A stretch of DNA of 64,000 nt from Lytechinus pictus (Eukaryota), in NCBI RefSeq assembly GCF_037042905.1, contig NC_087248.1:9672001-9736000 (forward strand), written 5' to 3'. Each line of letters opens with the position of its first letter. The stretch's first letter is position 1. A model generated the notes under the pieces. The model saw only the letters and a program-made list of their open reading frames with translations. It was not told where the DNA came from and ran no database searches. Shown in pieces: positions 1 through 15,100 of this stretch. Made by a program: the position numbers and the translations under genes.

Positions 1-124
1 TGTTGTCCTTTCGGGTCATCATACCGGCTCCATCCAGGTAGCAATTATTCGCGAAGTCGTTTGGCGTGAGGCGCTGGAATCCGGCTTCGAGTTGGGGCAG
101 CTTAATAGCAAAGGCTACATCGAC
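1..124 (-). CDS. SBP-like gene exon (VDVAF...GAGMMTRKDN), continues beyond window
   Basis: Acceptor ttttcaataccatcaag; open frame to window edge; completes the NGQVDVAF motif. Confidence 0.82.
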
Positions 125-3100
125 CTTGATGGTATTGAAAAGCGAAAATGAAAAGTTGTTAAGATCATTTGTGGTGTGTGAGTGTGTGCCCCGGCGTGTG
201 TGTGTATGTTCTAGTCAAGGTATCGGTTGTATTAGAGTGATTCACTCTGATTCTTTTATAAGCGGCAATCAAAACTATCGGGGAAATGTGACTGCAGCAT
301 TGGGGAGTACTGTTTGTACTAATAATTTGTTGTCCTTACCTGGCCATTCGTTAATGCTTGAATCAGTTCGAGTCCAGTAGAAAAATGATGAATGCGATCA
401 GATGGGACACTAGCACCCTATGATACGAGAAAAAAAGAAAGAAGGTAACAGTTACCATCCAAACAACCAAACGTAACTTAAAGTGTAAAATATTTGATAT
501 TGTCAACTGAATTTATCAGGCTTAAATGAAAGAAAAATCCAATGAGAGGATCGATCTGGGTGGAAAGAGTAAAATGAGGGGTTCAATATACAAATAGTTT
601 CATCAAAACCAGTTATAAAATAAGAGAGGATCCTTAACTTGGCAAACCTGCTTAAAAACGGCTGATTATGTGAAAGACTCTCCTTTTGTTTTGTACACAA
701 ATCAGGGGTGGCGGAAGGGGGAGGGCAGGGGCCACTCGCCCCTCCCAAAAAAAATCCCCATAGGAAAATGCTCTTCTTTCAAAATGGAAAGTGTCTTCTT
801 TAAAAAAGAATTGTACCCCTTTTAAAAATGAATTGCCCTTTTTAAGTTAAACATAATACATTTTAGGTTAGAAAATCGCAAATACTTTTGCCTTGCGCTT
901 CGCGCTCGCATCAATTATTGTTTAGTAAGGTACTCGTTGACTTCCTGGTTACGAAAAATGCTTAGAATATCTAGTTTTCAGTTTGAAATATCACAAACTT
1001 TGAGCCCGCGCTTGCACCTGCATTATTCGATTGGTGAGATGTGTATCCTTCGCATGAGTCACTAAAATAATGCAGTCCTTACCAAGTTCCTTTTCTGGTC
1101 AGTATATGCAGATATGAAATCATATCTAGGGTTCATAATCAATCTAACCATGAAAAAAAATAGGGATCCCCGTTCTTTCTGATGAGCTACAGTGAATTTT
1201 ATGTAAGCATATTTTTGCCATTTATGACCTATTGTGAGAGATTGCACGCGCGCGTGTTGCAAACTGTATGGACGCGCATTCTCTTATTGTCGATTGTAAA
1301 AGGTTGAACCAGGTATCAAATTGCTCAAAATTTAATGGGCATTGATATACTGACATAACAAATACGACTTTATGCTGCATTATGATGTTACGCGAAAACT
1401 TAATAATAATAATAATGATAATAAAGAAAATTCTGACGAAATTAAGGATTGAAGAAAATCCATCATAGATAAAGACCGACTGAAGATACAGTAAAATTCA
1501 CTTTCAATTATTAAGAAAAAAAGAAATTTCACTGATTTTTTAAATTCATAAAATTCTAATAATTTTTCTAAATACCTTTGATGAATTTTCTTCAAACCTT
1601 CACCGATATTTTTTCTTTATTCTGCTATTTTTACAATTAACTTTTTGTCAGGGTAAACTTCCCCTTTTAGATGTCGACTGTGCATCCAATACGCTATAAC
1701 CTCAATGCACGCGCGTCAATACAGTGCAATTACTCTCGTATTAATACAATACATCACCATGTATATACAAGGAAATCAAAAGCAGATACCTCTTCTCCCA
1801 CGGAACTCTCGGACGATAATAGACCTTTACGAGTACCTTTACGAGTACCTTTTTACGAATACCTACCATTCTAAGGATCCGCATTGGACCATATTGCCAA
1901 CTAAGTAGCTTTGACGAATTTGATTACAATGGTATGCTTTACTATTCTTGAATAAGTTTTAATTTTTTTTTACTTTTAATTCATATGGACTCTATTACAC
2001 ATTTGATAAAAATGCTTCATGAGGGTAATTATTTGTCCAACTAACATTGGGCATTTCTTTTGGCATTTTTATTTATCCAGTGTGATGAAAATTTTGCCCA
2101 TTCTAAAGTAATTGCTGCGTATTTTTTAACCTTGCTTGACAATTTGCTTCCCGCATTGGGTAAAATACTGCCCCAACTTGGTTGGACACCTATAATTAAT
2201 CTCGTGCTGGTTAAATTTTACTCAATATTTTTTTTTTACAGTGATGGGTGCGAACTGAAGTCCGGGGTATGTTTTTCATTAAATTGTCCTCTTTTCAAGA
2301 GATGACATTGGTACTGCCAATCGTTCAGACATACATGTTTTATCACAACATGGCAAATTTACTATGAAGATCCGAATTTACGTCGATTCAATCATTATTC
2401 AATTATCACTATCATCAATCTAAAATAATAATGTGAAAAGTGATCCCTTTTCATTCAGTTCTGTTTATTTAATCAATATCAAATAAATTTTACTGCAGAT
2501 TTGAAATAAAAATGGTAAACTTATTAAGGACAAACCTATCAACTTTACAAGGCTCACTCATCACATCAGGATTTCGTACATTAGTCTCAAATTTAGTTTT
2601 AGGGTCTTTAAGGTCACATTCTTAAGACCCTTTTAATTTACGTTATACAGTAATTTCAATGTCATATACTTCTTTACTCGCTTCGCTTGCACTTATATCA
2701 AGGGGAATCCAACCTTGGTAGAGAAGAAACCAACAAAATGTTGAAAGTTCAAACGAAATTGGACAAGAAATAAGAATAATAGTCGACTGGATGTACATGT
2801 AAGATATTAGATTACCATGTAAACTTCAAAATGGCAATTTGGTGGTAAATTTTAACAAGAGGTAGGAATAACGTTCCCATAGCCTGTGTACTTCAGGGAC
2901 TTTTCGTTTTCTCATAAGCAAACATCCCGATGGGGGTCTTGATCAAACAGTATCACAGACATCATTTTATCTAAATCATCATGGAAGATAGATGTTTTAT
3001 GGCGTAAACCTTTTGAAAAAAAATATTGTCATTATTTTCTTTAGCAATTTTTTGTATTGGAACAAAAGAAATTAAGAGTAGTCCTTATCCCATTTCACCA

Positions 3101-6100
3101 TGACATCACCAATGTGGCCAATTTGAAGTCTCCAGATATATAGGGACTTAAAATTTGTACAACTTTTATAAATTCACACTTTCACTTACCGCTTTGTCTT
3201 ATTGTTCTTAATCTTCTAAATACATCTTTCCATTTCCCTTTAATATCCGAGCTACTCAGTGGTCATCATACTCAAAATTTAAATAAGAATTTTTTTTATT
3301 AATTAGTAGGCCTAATCTATGTAATATTCATTATCATTATTGTTGATTATACTTGCTTATAGCGCTCATTACTTACTTTTTAGGAAGTTTCTAAGGGCTC
3401 TAAAATAAATAATGCAGCAGAATCACAAAGGCCTTTGCAAAGCAGAGCGTTTGAAAATATTAATTCATGTCACCAACGTCCCAATGTATCTCACCTGACA
3501 TTGAGTAAAGCAAATTGGATATATCTTTTGCTGAAGGAACTTTATGTGGTGTGTACTTTTGAAGCGTTATTTTACCCTGAGGTTAAGTTTATTTTGATGA
3601 ATGTAAAAAAAAAGATGTGGAAAAATATTAGAGAAAGTTCGATGAAAATTCGTCGAAGAATGAAATAATTACGACTTTTTAGGTTTTTTAATTTGTGACG
3701 TCATATGCGAGCAGCTCCTCCGTTGTCATGTAATAAACTTCCTTAAATTCGTTTTTTTTTGTTTAAAGAACATGATGAATGTGAATATTCTGATCATCAC
3801 TTGACCAAAATTATCCATTGTGAAAATAACGAATTTTTCTCGCTCGGACTCGCTCCTCGCATACAAATAATCTATACTCATTTTTCAGAACTGATGTCGC
3901 AGTCCCGAAACCACTTTCAATTTTTCGGAACAGGCGAAATTTCTCCCCCCCCCCCCCCCCCCCATTCGCATTACCATCCGATTGCATCAATCCACCCCAA
4001 TGCAATATCTTTGTTAACAAGAAGTTTGAAAATTCATTGGTATATCGACCAATTACTGATTTTCTACTAAAATTTCATATTAGGTTTTTTCTATTTTCTA
4101 CTCGAAGTGTGTCGACATTTTAAAGGTACAAACTGGATTCTTCCTCCTCTGGTGGTTGCTTCACGGTGAGTATACTTCTTTTTTTAATCTGCCATCCTCA
4201 TAATCATAATCACAAGGAAGACGGTTGTATTATTGTATGTGGATTTTGAAAGATACTTTTTTATATATTTCTTTTACATATTAATATTTTTCATGACAAA
4301 CTGATTTTTGGATGAATATATCTTCACGAAAAAAGTAGAAATTTGTGAAATGAAAAAAAAAAAAAAACAATAGGTGGGGTTTAAGAAGGGATTTCATACA
4401 TCAGTATAGATACTATCCCAAAGCCTGGGGGCTATAACTGAGGATTCTGTCACCGTAGTTTTTAGTTCGGAGTCCCGGTGGCAGTTGGAGATGGGCAATA
4501 GTGTAATAATAATACCAACACATTTTATAATCCTCTGAATGCTATGAATTATAACCTGTCTACACACGAAATTTGTATCTACTGTCGCAATATCATATAG
4601 GCTTTCTGGCCTAATAAATGTATTTATTAGAATATCTTCGATAATTATGATTTCCATGGCAGCAGTGAAACCATTTAACTAATTCACGCTTGGATGATGC
4701 TATGCTTTTATCAAATACAGTTAAAGGGGAAGTTCACCCTGAAAAAAAGCTTATCATATATAAAAGTAGTAGAAAAAAATAATAACAAATATTGACGATG
4801 GTTTGAGAAAAATCCATCAAAGAATAAAAAAATATCAAAATTTCAATTATTTGATTAGTGCCGTCATATGCGAGTAGGTTTCTTACACATCGTATGGTGA
4901 AAAATCAATGAAATGTCATTTTCTCCGAAAGTTGAAAATGATTTATACGCTACCTTCAGTATATCAATAGACAAATCATTTCACACCTGTCCCTAAAAAG
5001 AAAACAAACGCTGCTCAAAATGTTGAATTCTTTGATCTAAATATATATAAAAAAAAAATTGAGCTCGCGCTTCGCACTCGCATGGTATTTGATATTCTGG
5101 CCACACGAAATACCTTTTCTTGTTTCTAAGATGAGAATTTAGTTAAAAGGACCCTAACATTTAAACAAGTGGAACGCCTCTGGCAGTCTCGCCTGCATTA
5201 CGCGATTTAATATAAAATAATCATTCACAAAAATACCATTCATATAATGACATAATATCACGTTCATTGACCATAAATGGCATTTGAACGGTGACTTAAG
5301 ACTTGTCAACTACACCCATGTCCACATTTCATTCACTCTATCCATAAACTTTCAAAGTTATGATGGCAATTCAACACTTACCCCAACATGGCCTAAGTTT
5401 GACCTGAACTGACCTTTGACCTCGGTTTTGTGACCTGAAACTCACAGGGGATGTTCAGTGATACTTGATTAATCTTATATCCCAAGTTTTATGAACTAGA
5501 TCCATAAACTTTCAGAGTTAGGATGGTAATTCAACAAATACCCCCAACACGGCCAAAGTTCATTGGCCTTAAATGACCTTTGACCATGGTTATGTGACCT
5601 GAAACTCGTACAGGATGTTTAGTGATACTTGATTACTCTTATGTCCAATTATGAACTAGATCCATCAATTTTCAAAGTTATGATGGTAATTTAACAAATA
5701 CCCCCAACACGGCCCTAGTTCATTGACCTAAAATGACCATTGACCATGGTCCTGAAACTCGCACAGGATATTCAGTGATACTCGATTAACCTAATGTCCA
5801 AAATTCATGAACTAGATCCATAAATTTTCAAAGTTATGATAGTAATTCAACAAATACCCCCAACTTGGCCAAAGTTCATTGACCCTAAATGACCTTTGAC
5901 CTTGGTCATGTGAACTGAAACCCAGACAGGATGTTCACTAATACATTAACCTTATGTCCAAGTTTCATGAACTAGTTCCTTAATTTTTCAAAGTTATGAT
6001 AGTAATTCAACAAATACCCCCAACTTGGCCAAAGTTCATCGACCCTAAGTGACCTTTGACCTTGATCATGTGACCTGAAACTCAAGCAGGATCTTTACTA

Positions 6101-9100
6101 ATACCTGCTCAACCTTATGTCGAAGTTTCATGAACTAGGTCCATATACTTTTTAAGTTATGATGTCATTTCAAAAACTTAACCTTCGGTTAAGATTTTGA
6201 AAATAATTCTCCCAATATGGTCTACGTTCATTAACCCTAAATTACATTTGACCTTGGTCATGTGACCTGAAACTCAGGCAGGATGGTCAGTAATACTTGA
6301 TTAACTTTATGGCTAAATTTCATGAACTAGGTTCATATACTTTTTAAGTTATGATGTCATTTCAAATACTTAACCTTAGGTTAAGATTTGATGTTGACGC
6401 CGCCGCCGCCGTCGCCGTCGGAAAAGCAGCGCCTATAGTCTCGCTCTGCTATGCAGGCGAGACAAAAACCAAGCGGAACGCCTCTGGTAGTCTCGCCTGC
6501 ATTATGCAATTCGATATAGCAGCAGTGCTGCAATTGAAAAGAGATTATGATAATAAAATATGTCCATTGACCCAAAATGACCTTTGGTCATGATCATGTG
6601 ACCTAAGACATGCGCAAACAATTATTCATACTTGATTACCCTAATATCGATGTTTCATGAGCTAGATCCCTAAACTGTCTAAGTTATGATGCCGATTCAA
6701 CACATCCTCCCAACACGGCCTGGGTTCATTGACCTCTAAATGACCTTTGATTTTGGCCATGTTCCTGAAACGCGCACAGGGTATTCAGGGATACATTGCT
6801 GCTCTTATATCCAAGTTAAATGAACTAGATCCATAAACTTTTAAAGTTATGATGACGTTTCCACAAATACCCCAAACATTACCAAAGGTTGTTGACCTTA
6901 AATGACCTTTGGCTTTAATCATGTGACCTGAAACTAGCAAAGGATGTTGAAGGATAGTTGAAGCTCATATGTCCAAGTTTGATGAACTAGACCCATAAAA
7001 TTTCAAAGTTATGATAATTCCTCAAATACCCTCAACATGGCCAAAGTTCGTTGACCATAAGTGACCTTTGACCTTGGTCATGTGACCTGAAACTCGCGCA
7101 TGATATTCAGGGATACATGGTTGCTCTTATGTCCGAGTTTCATGCACTAGATTCATAAACTTTTAAAGTTATGACAATTCCTCAAATAACCCCAACATGG
7201 CCAAAGTTTGTTTACCCTAAGTGACCTTTGACCTTAATCATGTGACCTGAAACTCAGGCAGGATCTTCAGTGATATACTATTACCCTTATGTCTAAGTAT
7301 AATGAACTAGGTTTATATACTTTTGAAGTCATGACAGCATTTCAAAAACTTAACCTTGGTTAAGCTGGATCTGCCCCTAAAGAAAATGTGACTGAGGAGA
7401 ATCGGTAACTCTACCATGACTGATGGTCGTCGGATGTCGGTAATCGGTACCGACATTTGTCGGTATTCAAGGCCTTTACACCCCCCCCCCCTGGAAAAGG
7501 CCTAGCGACGCCCCTGTATGAGATTAGATTACAGAAAATGTAGACATGACTATATCAGTTTAATATGGTTTATTTTACTTTCATGTACAGTACAGGTCAA
7601 AAGTTTGGGGCCACCCTCAAATTTAAAAGATTATCATACATAACACTGCATTCTGCATATAAGCAAATTAATAGGCTATGATAGTTCCATTATATTACAC
7701 AAGCATGTTTCCAACTGATTTCGACTGCACTTATGTGAATCCCAGTTGGTTTTCATATTCAAATTTTATGCAAACCTTTAAAATTGACAGGTATGCATAC
7801 AATTTGAATATATTTAAAACAAAGGTTGTTTTTGATAACCTGAAAGTTTGTCCGAGGCTGGTGGCCCCAAACTCTTGGTCTGTATGCCTACTGTAGAGTT
7901 TGTTTGAATTGAAACAGTATTCGTGACGATGTATTTAGTCAACTCCATTGGCACCCGGTCCAATACCCATATTCAATTCTCTATTTTTTCGCCTGGTATG
8001 ATCAACATAAAAGTTAAATCCTGATTCTCCAATGTCATATACAATTATGATGTCAATTGTATACAATAATGCAGTATATTTTTATGAATCTATGTCGGTC
8101 AATGTAAACACCCTTTGAGTTTATTAAATTTGTTACATCTTGTATTAAATGTCATTGTGTGATGAACTGAATGAATACATTGAGTACCCAATACTAATAT
8201 GGTCCACGGACAATTGAACAATATCGGCTACTAATCATTTCTGTTAAAGGCCATTCTTGGTCACGTGTGCGACCGAAACTATGACAAATCTTGACTTTAA
8301 TTAGTTGCAAATCAAAAATATTAAGGATTTAGTAATTCAACAGTTATAAAACATTATCATGTTTAGTCAGCTATCATTTGGAAATATTTTTTGCTGTCTC
8401 TAATTTGCAGGTTCAAAGTCAGAGGTAAAAAGAAATGGATAACGTGTTTGACTTCACACAGAAGCATGACTTTGAAACTTTAATTTCATTTTGAAATTCA
8501 TGTGAATTTCAAAACTGAATTTAACTTTCAAAGACATCCTAATTAGTTATACATCTCTAACATTTTTAGATTTATAACTAATTAAAGTAATGATTTATCA
8601 TAATTTCTATCAAACACGTGACCAAGAATGGCGCTAAAAACCAGTAAAGGTCCGTGGTATTTTGGTCTAAATGTCATTCAGTCTAATCAGAGAACAATCA
8701 TTGCTGTTTTACAGAATCCCATGGTTAACTGTAGTTTATATACTGTATATTAATCAAAATACAAATTTATGCATTGTGCACCTTGTTTATTCTAAGTTAT
8801 GACATTGCAAGGAATGTTTGTTACATTTATTTTGAATTATTTCTTGTGGATATGAATAAAAATGAATCATGATCATGAATCTGTTTGTAACAGGTACTGA
8901 CGGAGTGGGATCATGTCCCTCCGTTCAACCCGATGCCCCCTGTCCTTATGGTATCTCTGAACAAACAGGAGAAACTCTGAAACTGGTTCCCAAGTATCTA
9001 CCACGTGATCATCTTGAATATGACGTCAGAACTCCAAAAGAACTGAGAGACAAAGTCAACCTGTACTGCACGCAGCCAGGTAATCGACAACTCAACGGTG

Positions 9101-12100
9101 TAACTCATCAATCTTTTTAATTAAAGAAGGGGGTGATTCGCCCACATTCAGACATCTTCATTATCGTATATATCGTATATCATCGTATATATTTCTATAT
9201 AATATATCCCTCTTTAACTTGTAGACCTAGTCCTTGCTGAGGTTTTACTAATCTAGATCAATTCTAACGCTGCCGAACCTAGTTCAACGTTCATGACGTT
9301 TGGGAACATATCGAGCATGAGCATTCGCAGTTCTCCCCATGAAAGTATATCGAAAAATATACGGAGATAGAAGAAAACTATATGGAGCTATTTGCAGCGA
9401 TTACAGTTTGTCACATGATCACGAATAGACAAATCGTCACTTTTCTTGAATACTCATGAAAATTCATAAGACGGATATATATATATATATATGTGTGTGT
9501 GGGGGGGTGTGCGTGTGTGTGTGTGAGGGTGCGTGTGTGTGCATTTTAGGAGGGGTGGGGATCTTAACCAAGATCACAATAGCAGAATCTGTTGACAATG
9601 GACCCTGCCAATGATGATAATAAAAAGAATAATAATGACAATAATAAGAATAATGATACTAAAATGATAATAATAGTAATGATAAGGATCATCTGAAAAG
9701 GAATTATGGAAGTTGTCATCTTCATTATCATTATAAGATTGCTATTATCATCATCGCCGATTCATTATTATTTCTCTTGTTATCAATAATTTGTCTTCCT
9801 AATACTACTACTGTCATGACTGTGGGCATATTTTATCAGATATGGGAACAACAATCCGCTTGGTTCACACTTGGAGAGGTAAGCCCACATTTAAATGAAC
9901 CAGACTGCCCACAATCCCTCGACAATTGTCATGATAATAATAAATTTATGTCATTATCTTTCAGCTTGCCACTCGCATACATGTCTCAATGGAGGTACCT
10001 GTGTGGAAGAGCTTGATGGATATAGCTGCGTGTGTGTGGCAGCCTACGAAGGAGTACACTGCGGGAGATGTATGTTCCCAATTTCCAAATCAATTCTCTG
10101 GCACTATCTAGTTAATATAAATAAAATAATGTTAATTTATTTCTTTATTTACTTATTTCATCAGTATATCTGAGTGGTCTCATCGCATTTGATTCAGACC
10201 CGCAGTACAATCTAATAGTGGGGCATCTTCCCAAGTGTGATTTTTTTATTCAAACGAATTAGGGAATAATGGGACCTCACACGCCGTAGAAATGAAAATC
10301 GAACGGGGTCCGTATGTGTGCCTCCAAACTTAGCGTGGCGGTACAAATTGCTCGGTGCCTGGTGCATTCGCAAAATGAAAAAAAAAAGAGTCATCTGAAA
10401 GAATATAATTAAATCTTAAAAAGAAATCTATTCCTAGCTGCATAAAGGGCTGTTTGACTCTGGTAGTATAAAGCAGAGAAAATTTTCCCGCTGGTGCTAC
10501 TAACCGGGCTATGTGTGGCATGATAGAACACTGTGCTACAAAGGTTTCCCCACAATCAAAATATGTTAATGCATGCCGATTGTGTTTCCATGTACTGACA
10601 CCTCTAACACCCCTATTCGTCACCCCTTTTCCCCATTCACTTTTGTACACGTAAAGAAGCAGGGGAGGGCGGGGTAAGTTGAACAGAGGGGCAAGATGAT
10701 CCACCAGCCCCAGGCCAACAATGAATGAGTCTGACATTGTGGTGCTGTCATGTATTGATGACCCATAGCATAACCCCTTACCCCATCACATTGCTTTCAA
10801 CTTTGAAACAAAAAGTACTTTTTAGAGGGAAAATACAAATTTCAGTCAAGAAAGTAAAAAAGAGTGTGAAATAGATAATACACACAAACACACGTCTTTA
10901 AATTAAATAAAGACATAAGAACAACATTGTTAGTCCAGGTATGGATCTTCATTCTTGTCATAGTCTGTTTGATGGATGCATAAGAAATGTAAGGATACGA
11001 AATTATCGCATTAGGTTCGGACTGGGGTAAGTTGAGACCGACAACATGGGGCAAGTTGAGCCATGGTAATTCTTATGGTAATGTATTTATTTAAAAAAAA
11101 ACCTATAAAATCCATTGATATGCAGGCTGAAAGGAGCAAATTTACATGACTGTCCTTTTCCTTTTAGAGGATGTTAGTATTTATAGAGAATGAGCAAGTG
11201 AAAAGACTTTAAATGAAAAAATTAGCATGCTGGTTCTTCCCCCATACATTTTGTACAAGTTTTTGTGGCTCAACTTACCCCAGAAGGTGGCTCAAACTTA
11301 TTCCGCAGATGGGGCAAGTTGAGCCATTTGACATCTCTTTTTGCAAAGGTGACAATGACTTTCAGTGTGGGGGTAGGAAGTTATATATAGGTGAAAAATA
11401 TTTCAAAAGAATTTAATTTTAAGGCAAGGTACTTATTTCTACAAGATTATAAATCATATAAATTCTAACATGCAAAAACTGTCACAACTTACCCCGCCTT
11501 CCCCTATTCATTAGTGCATCATGTATTTTCATAAAAAAGAGGCGTGTTATTGAACATGTTCCATTGGCCATCAACGATGTTCGTTTCGCTGATTGGTCCC
11601 TTTTCATCATGTTCATTACGCGAAGAAAACGATAAACTTTTTTCTAAAAATAATAATGCTCGTTAAACTTTTAGCGAGAATTTTAGAAATGAGTAATTAA
11701 TGATCTCTGAGGTATGGTTTTCGATCCTGGGATGTTTAAATGTATGAATCTGACAAATATTTGTTCTCAGTCATAACCAAGTTTGTGGCAGTAACAGGGT
11801 CGAACTTATTCGTTTTCAAGTCATCGTGGTTCGTCGTCGCTTGCTATATGGGCATAAACCGCCCGTTAACCGTAACCAGCCAGGCGGCTGGGCGGCCAGC
11901 CTTGCCCTTGGCATGCGCATCCCGCGCGCGCGGCCAGGCAAGGTCGGTAGATCGCTGGGCAAGACCCTGTTTAGTTTCCCATTCTTGCCCTCACACGAAG
12001 AAGCGTTGATGGCTAATAATGGATATTCAATAGCAATAAATATCATAAAAGCCGAAGTTTGCCACGCCTCTTTTTGGTGCAAAATACATGAGACACTAAT

Positions 12101-15100
12101 GAATATTCACTACTTTTTCAAAAGTGAATGGGGAAAAGGTGTGTCAGACATCGGGGTGTTAGTAAATGGAAACACCCATACCGATTCAAGCACAAGGCTC
12201 ACAAAAGATTAGAAACCCAAATAGCTACTTATTATGTATCCGGCCCTTACCTATAGGTTTGTAATGCATACCTTTTTAAAATGGCATCCGAATAAATTAA
12301 CATCTGATTCCGTTACTTAAAAGGGCCTATATATGTGTTTTATCGTCTGGAATCTAACCTGATATTTAATTCGTGGGTTTCATTATTTGTTACAATGGTT
12401 GATGCATTCTTTTTTGTTTGAATCCTTCCATGGTTTAAAAGTATACAAGACCGAAAATCTTGGAATCATCATTGAAAATCATCATTGAAATATCAATACC
12501 TGTTTTTCTGTTTATTTTTTTAATATCAAATCAGATAATTTAGGTATATGTCCAGATGGATGGGTTTACGGGATAACCAAATGCTTTCTAATCGCTCAAG
12601 ACATATCGAACTGGCAGAGTGCTAGACTCTTCTGTTCAAATTTACCCGAGGTATCACTCGATAACGGGGAAAGGATTAAACCATCCCTGTTGTTCATAGA
12701 GAGCGATGAAGAGTTTGATCTTCTGGAACGCCATGTATCCGGCGGTTCACCTTGGATGAATTGTAACGACATTGACGTCGAGGGGACATGGGTGTGCATC
12801 AGGGACGGTCTGGGTACAACCAGTTCATATAGAAGTAAGTACTTTGGACATGTTAGAAGGGTTTTTCACTTGACCTACAATCGGTTGGTTAAATTCCGAG
12901 ATAGTCCAATGGTCTCCTATCAACTGCCGTTTGGTATGCAGTGCACATCACTTCTTCTAATACACAATTTGTAAATCTCATAATCTTATATAGTCGAATG
13001 CCCATGCAGTTCTTTTGTATGTGTGATTGATATTTTACAGACGTATAACAGATACGATTTATCTGGTGCCGGCCATTAACGTCACCATCCGAAAGACGTG
13101 ACAAAGGCTCGGACCTCGAACCTCCGCATCAATTTGTAACTTCCCCACGTAGCTTGGATTACAGGCGCACGTCACAACTCCCAGTTTAGTTTCCACGTCG
13201 TTTACTTACATTATTTTTTCTTGTTTTTACTTTGTCAAAATTAAAATTTGGTTTGTACAAAGTTCATCTAACCATGTATACCAAGTGGTGTAAATCAAGT
13301 AGATATTATCCTTTCTCGTATTCATTTTTACAATATTTTTTCTTCAGTATCAGCTAGCAGCCCAATTAGATGGTCTCCAGCCAGCGCCCACAGAATGCGC
13401 TAGCGGACTTCTAAAACAAGACGGGCGGCATTCTGAACCCCTGCTACATAACTGCACTGGCTCCCTATTAGACACCGGATTACTTTTAAGCTACTTCTTT
13501 CGGTATACAAATCTCTTAATAACCCAGCCTTCACTGTTGCATCCTCGATGGACTAGAACAAACTCCATCTCACATTAAAACAATCCCCAACAACTGATTC
13601 ATTCAAGAAGTCCAATAAAACTTTTTTTTCGTTTCAGGCAGCTGAGTTCGTAAATGATTCTGGTTTAACTCGGAAAGTGGACGACGCTTCACAATGTCAT
13701 AACGCCCGGAGAGGGAGGTGGGGGGGGGGGGGTTGTCACTAAACTTAATTCGCATTCAACAGTACGTATATCGTGGCTGAGATTCAGGAAGAAAAACAAA
13801 CCAACATCAAAGTCAGAAAAAAGGGGCAGTTTCTGGAGTTAGAAATTTAAAAATGAGAAAAGGGGCATATTTCTAGGCTTATCATCACCCTTATCCTTGG
13901 TGGGGGTAAATTATCATTCCTTATTCTAACTGTCGTGCGATCCATTGCGAACGCGACGATTGGCCTTTCGTAACTATAATCGCAATTTTTTTTGGACCAT
14001 TTAAAAATTTTCTACGATCAATACGATTGCCACAACCGATCTGATATGATCTGATACGATCTGATATGACCTGATACGATCCACGATTAAAAGCACAGTT
14101 TTAATCATGTTAATCGTGAAAGTGGGAGCTAGGTATTCTCGTTTCAACTGTCCTGCGATCCAACACGAACGCCACCTGATCATGAGAATTTTTGAACCAT
14201 TCAGTTTTTTTTCAGCGATCATTACGATTGCCACAACTAAAAAGATCTACGATGTAATAGGATCTGATACGATCACTACGATCTACAAAATCTAAGATCA
14301 CCGTTTTAATCGTGGGGCAAATCGTGAAAATGGGAAACAGGTATAATACCTACAGGCGAAAAATACCTGAGTACCAATATTTTTGTCAATGCTCCCACCC
14401 CTCCCACGTCCGTCTTTGTACCCCCTTTTTTTTTGGGGGGGTGGAGCCTGATAACATAGTGAGTCTAGATTTGTATTATTTCATGAATATCCGTGACGAT
14501 TCGGGGAACGGTTAGGGTCTGGTATTCCTAAGCAGATCCTGCTACGTTCTATAACCTATCTTCATTGAAACCCATGTCAGGGACGTAAAGAGACGAAGAT
14601 TTTGAGGGGACAGAATATGGCATATTGGGCAAAACTTCTAAACAGTAGCAAGGGACCGAAAATATTGTTTTTAATTGAAAATCTATAATTTTGGGACAGA
14701 GTTTGACATAATATTTAGGAAATATCATATTTCTTCTTTCCTTTTCTTTCTTCCCCTTCCCCTTCTTTATTTCTTGGTCGTGGACGTTTTTTTTTTTTTT
14801 GGGGGGGGGGGATGGCAAGCGCCCCAACCCCCTTCCCCATCGATACGCCAGTGACGCATGGGATGACTGGGATCACGACTGTCTAAGCCGACACACACCA
14901 GCCGCAAGGGAATTATATGCACTTTATTTCTCATTATTTTCCAAGTAGCTTATTTGGAATTTGGTGTCCCCCAGCAATGAATTTCGGGATCCGCCGCTGG
15001 AGTTTATCATATCACCAGCTTTACGTCATCCAAAAATTTGTCACAAAATTTTTGCAATTATTTCTATAGTTTGTAATTACAAATGGGTACCAACTTCATA

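Noticed and set aside
66-380. Plus-strand 104-aa ORF
   Set aside because: Antisense shadow of two SBP exons and their intron; no recognisable motifs.
1648-4745. Kolobok-like termini flanking lectin exons 1-2 as a composite transposon
   Set aside because: The ends face outward (a right end near 1667, a left end near 4725), so they are separate fragments.
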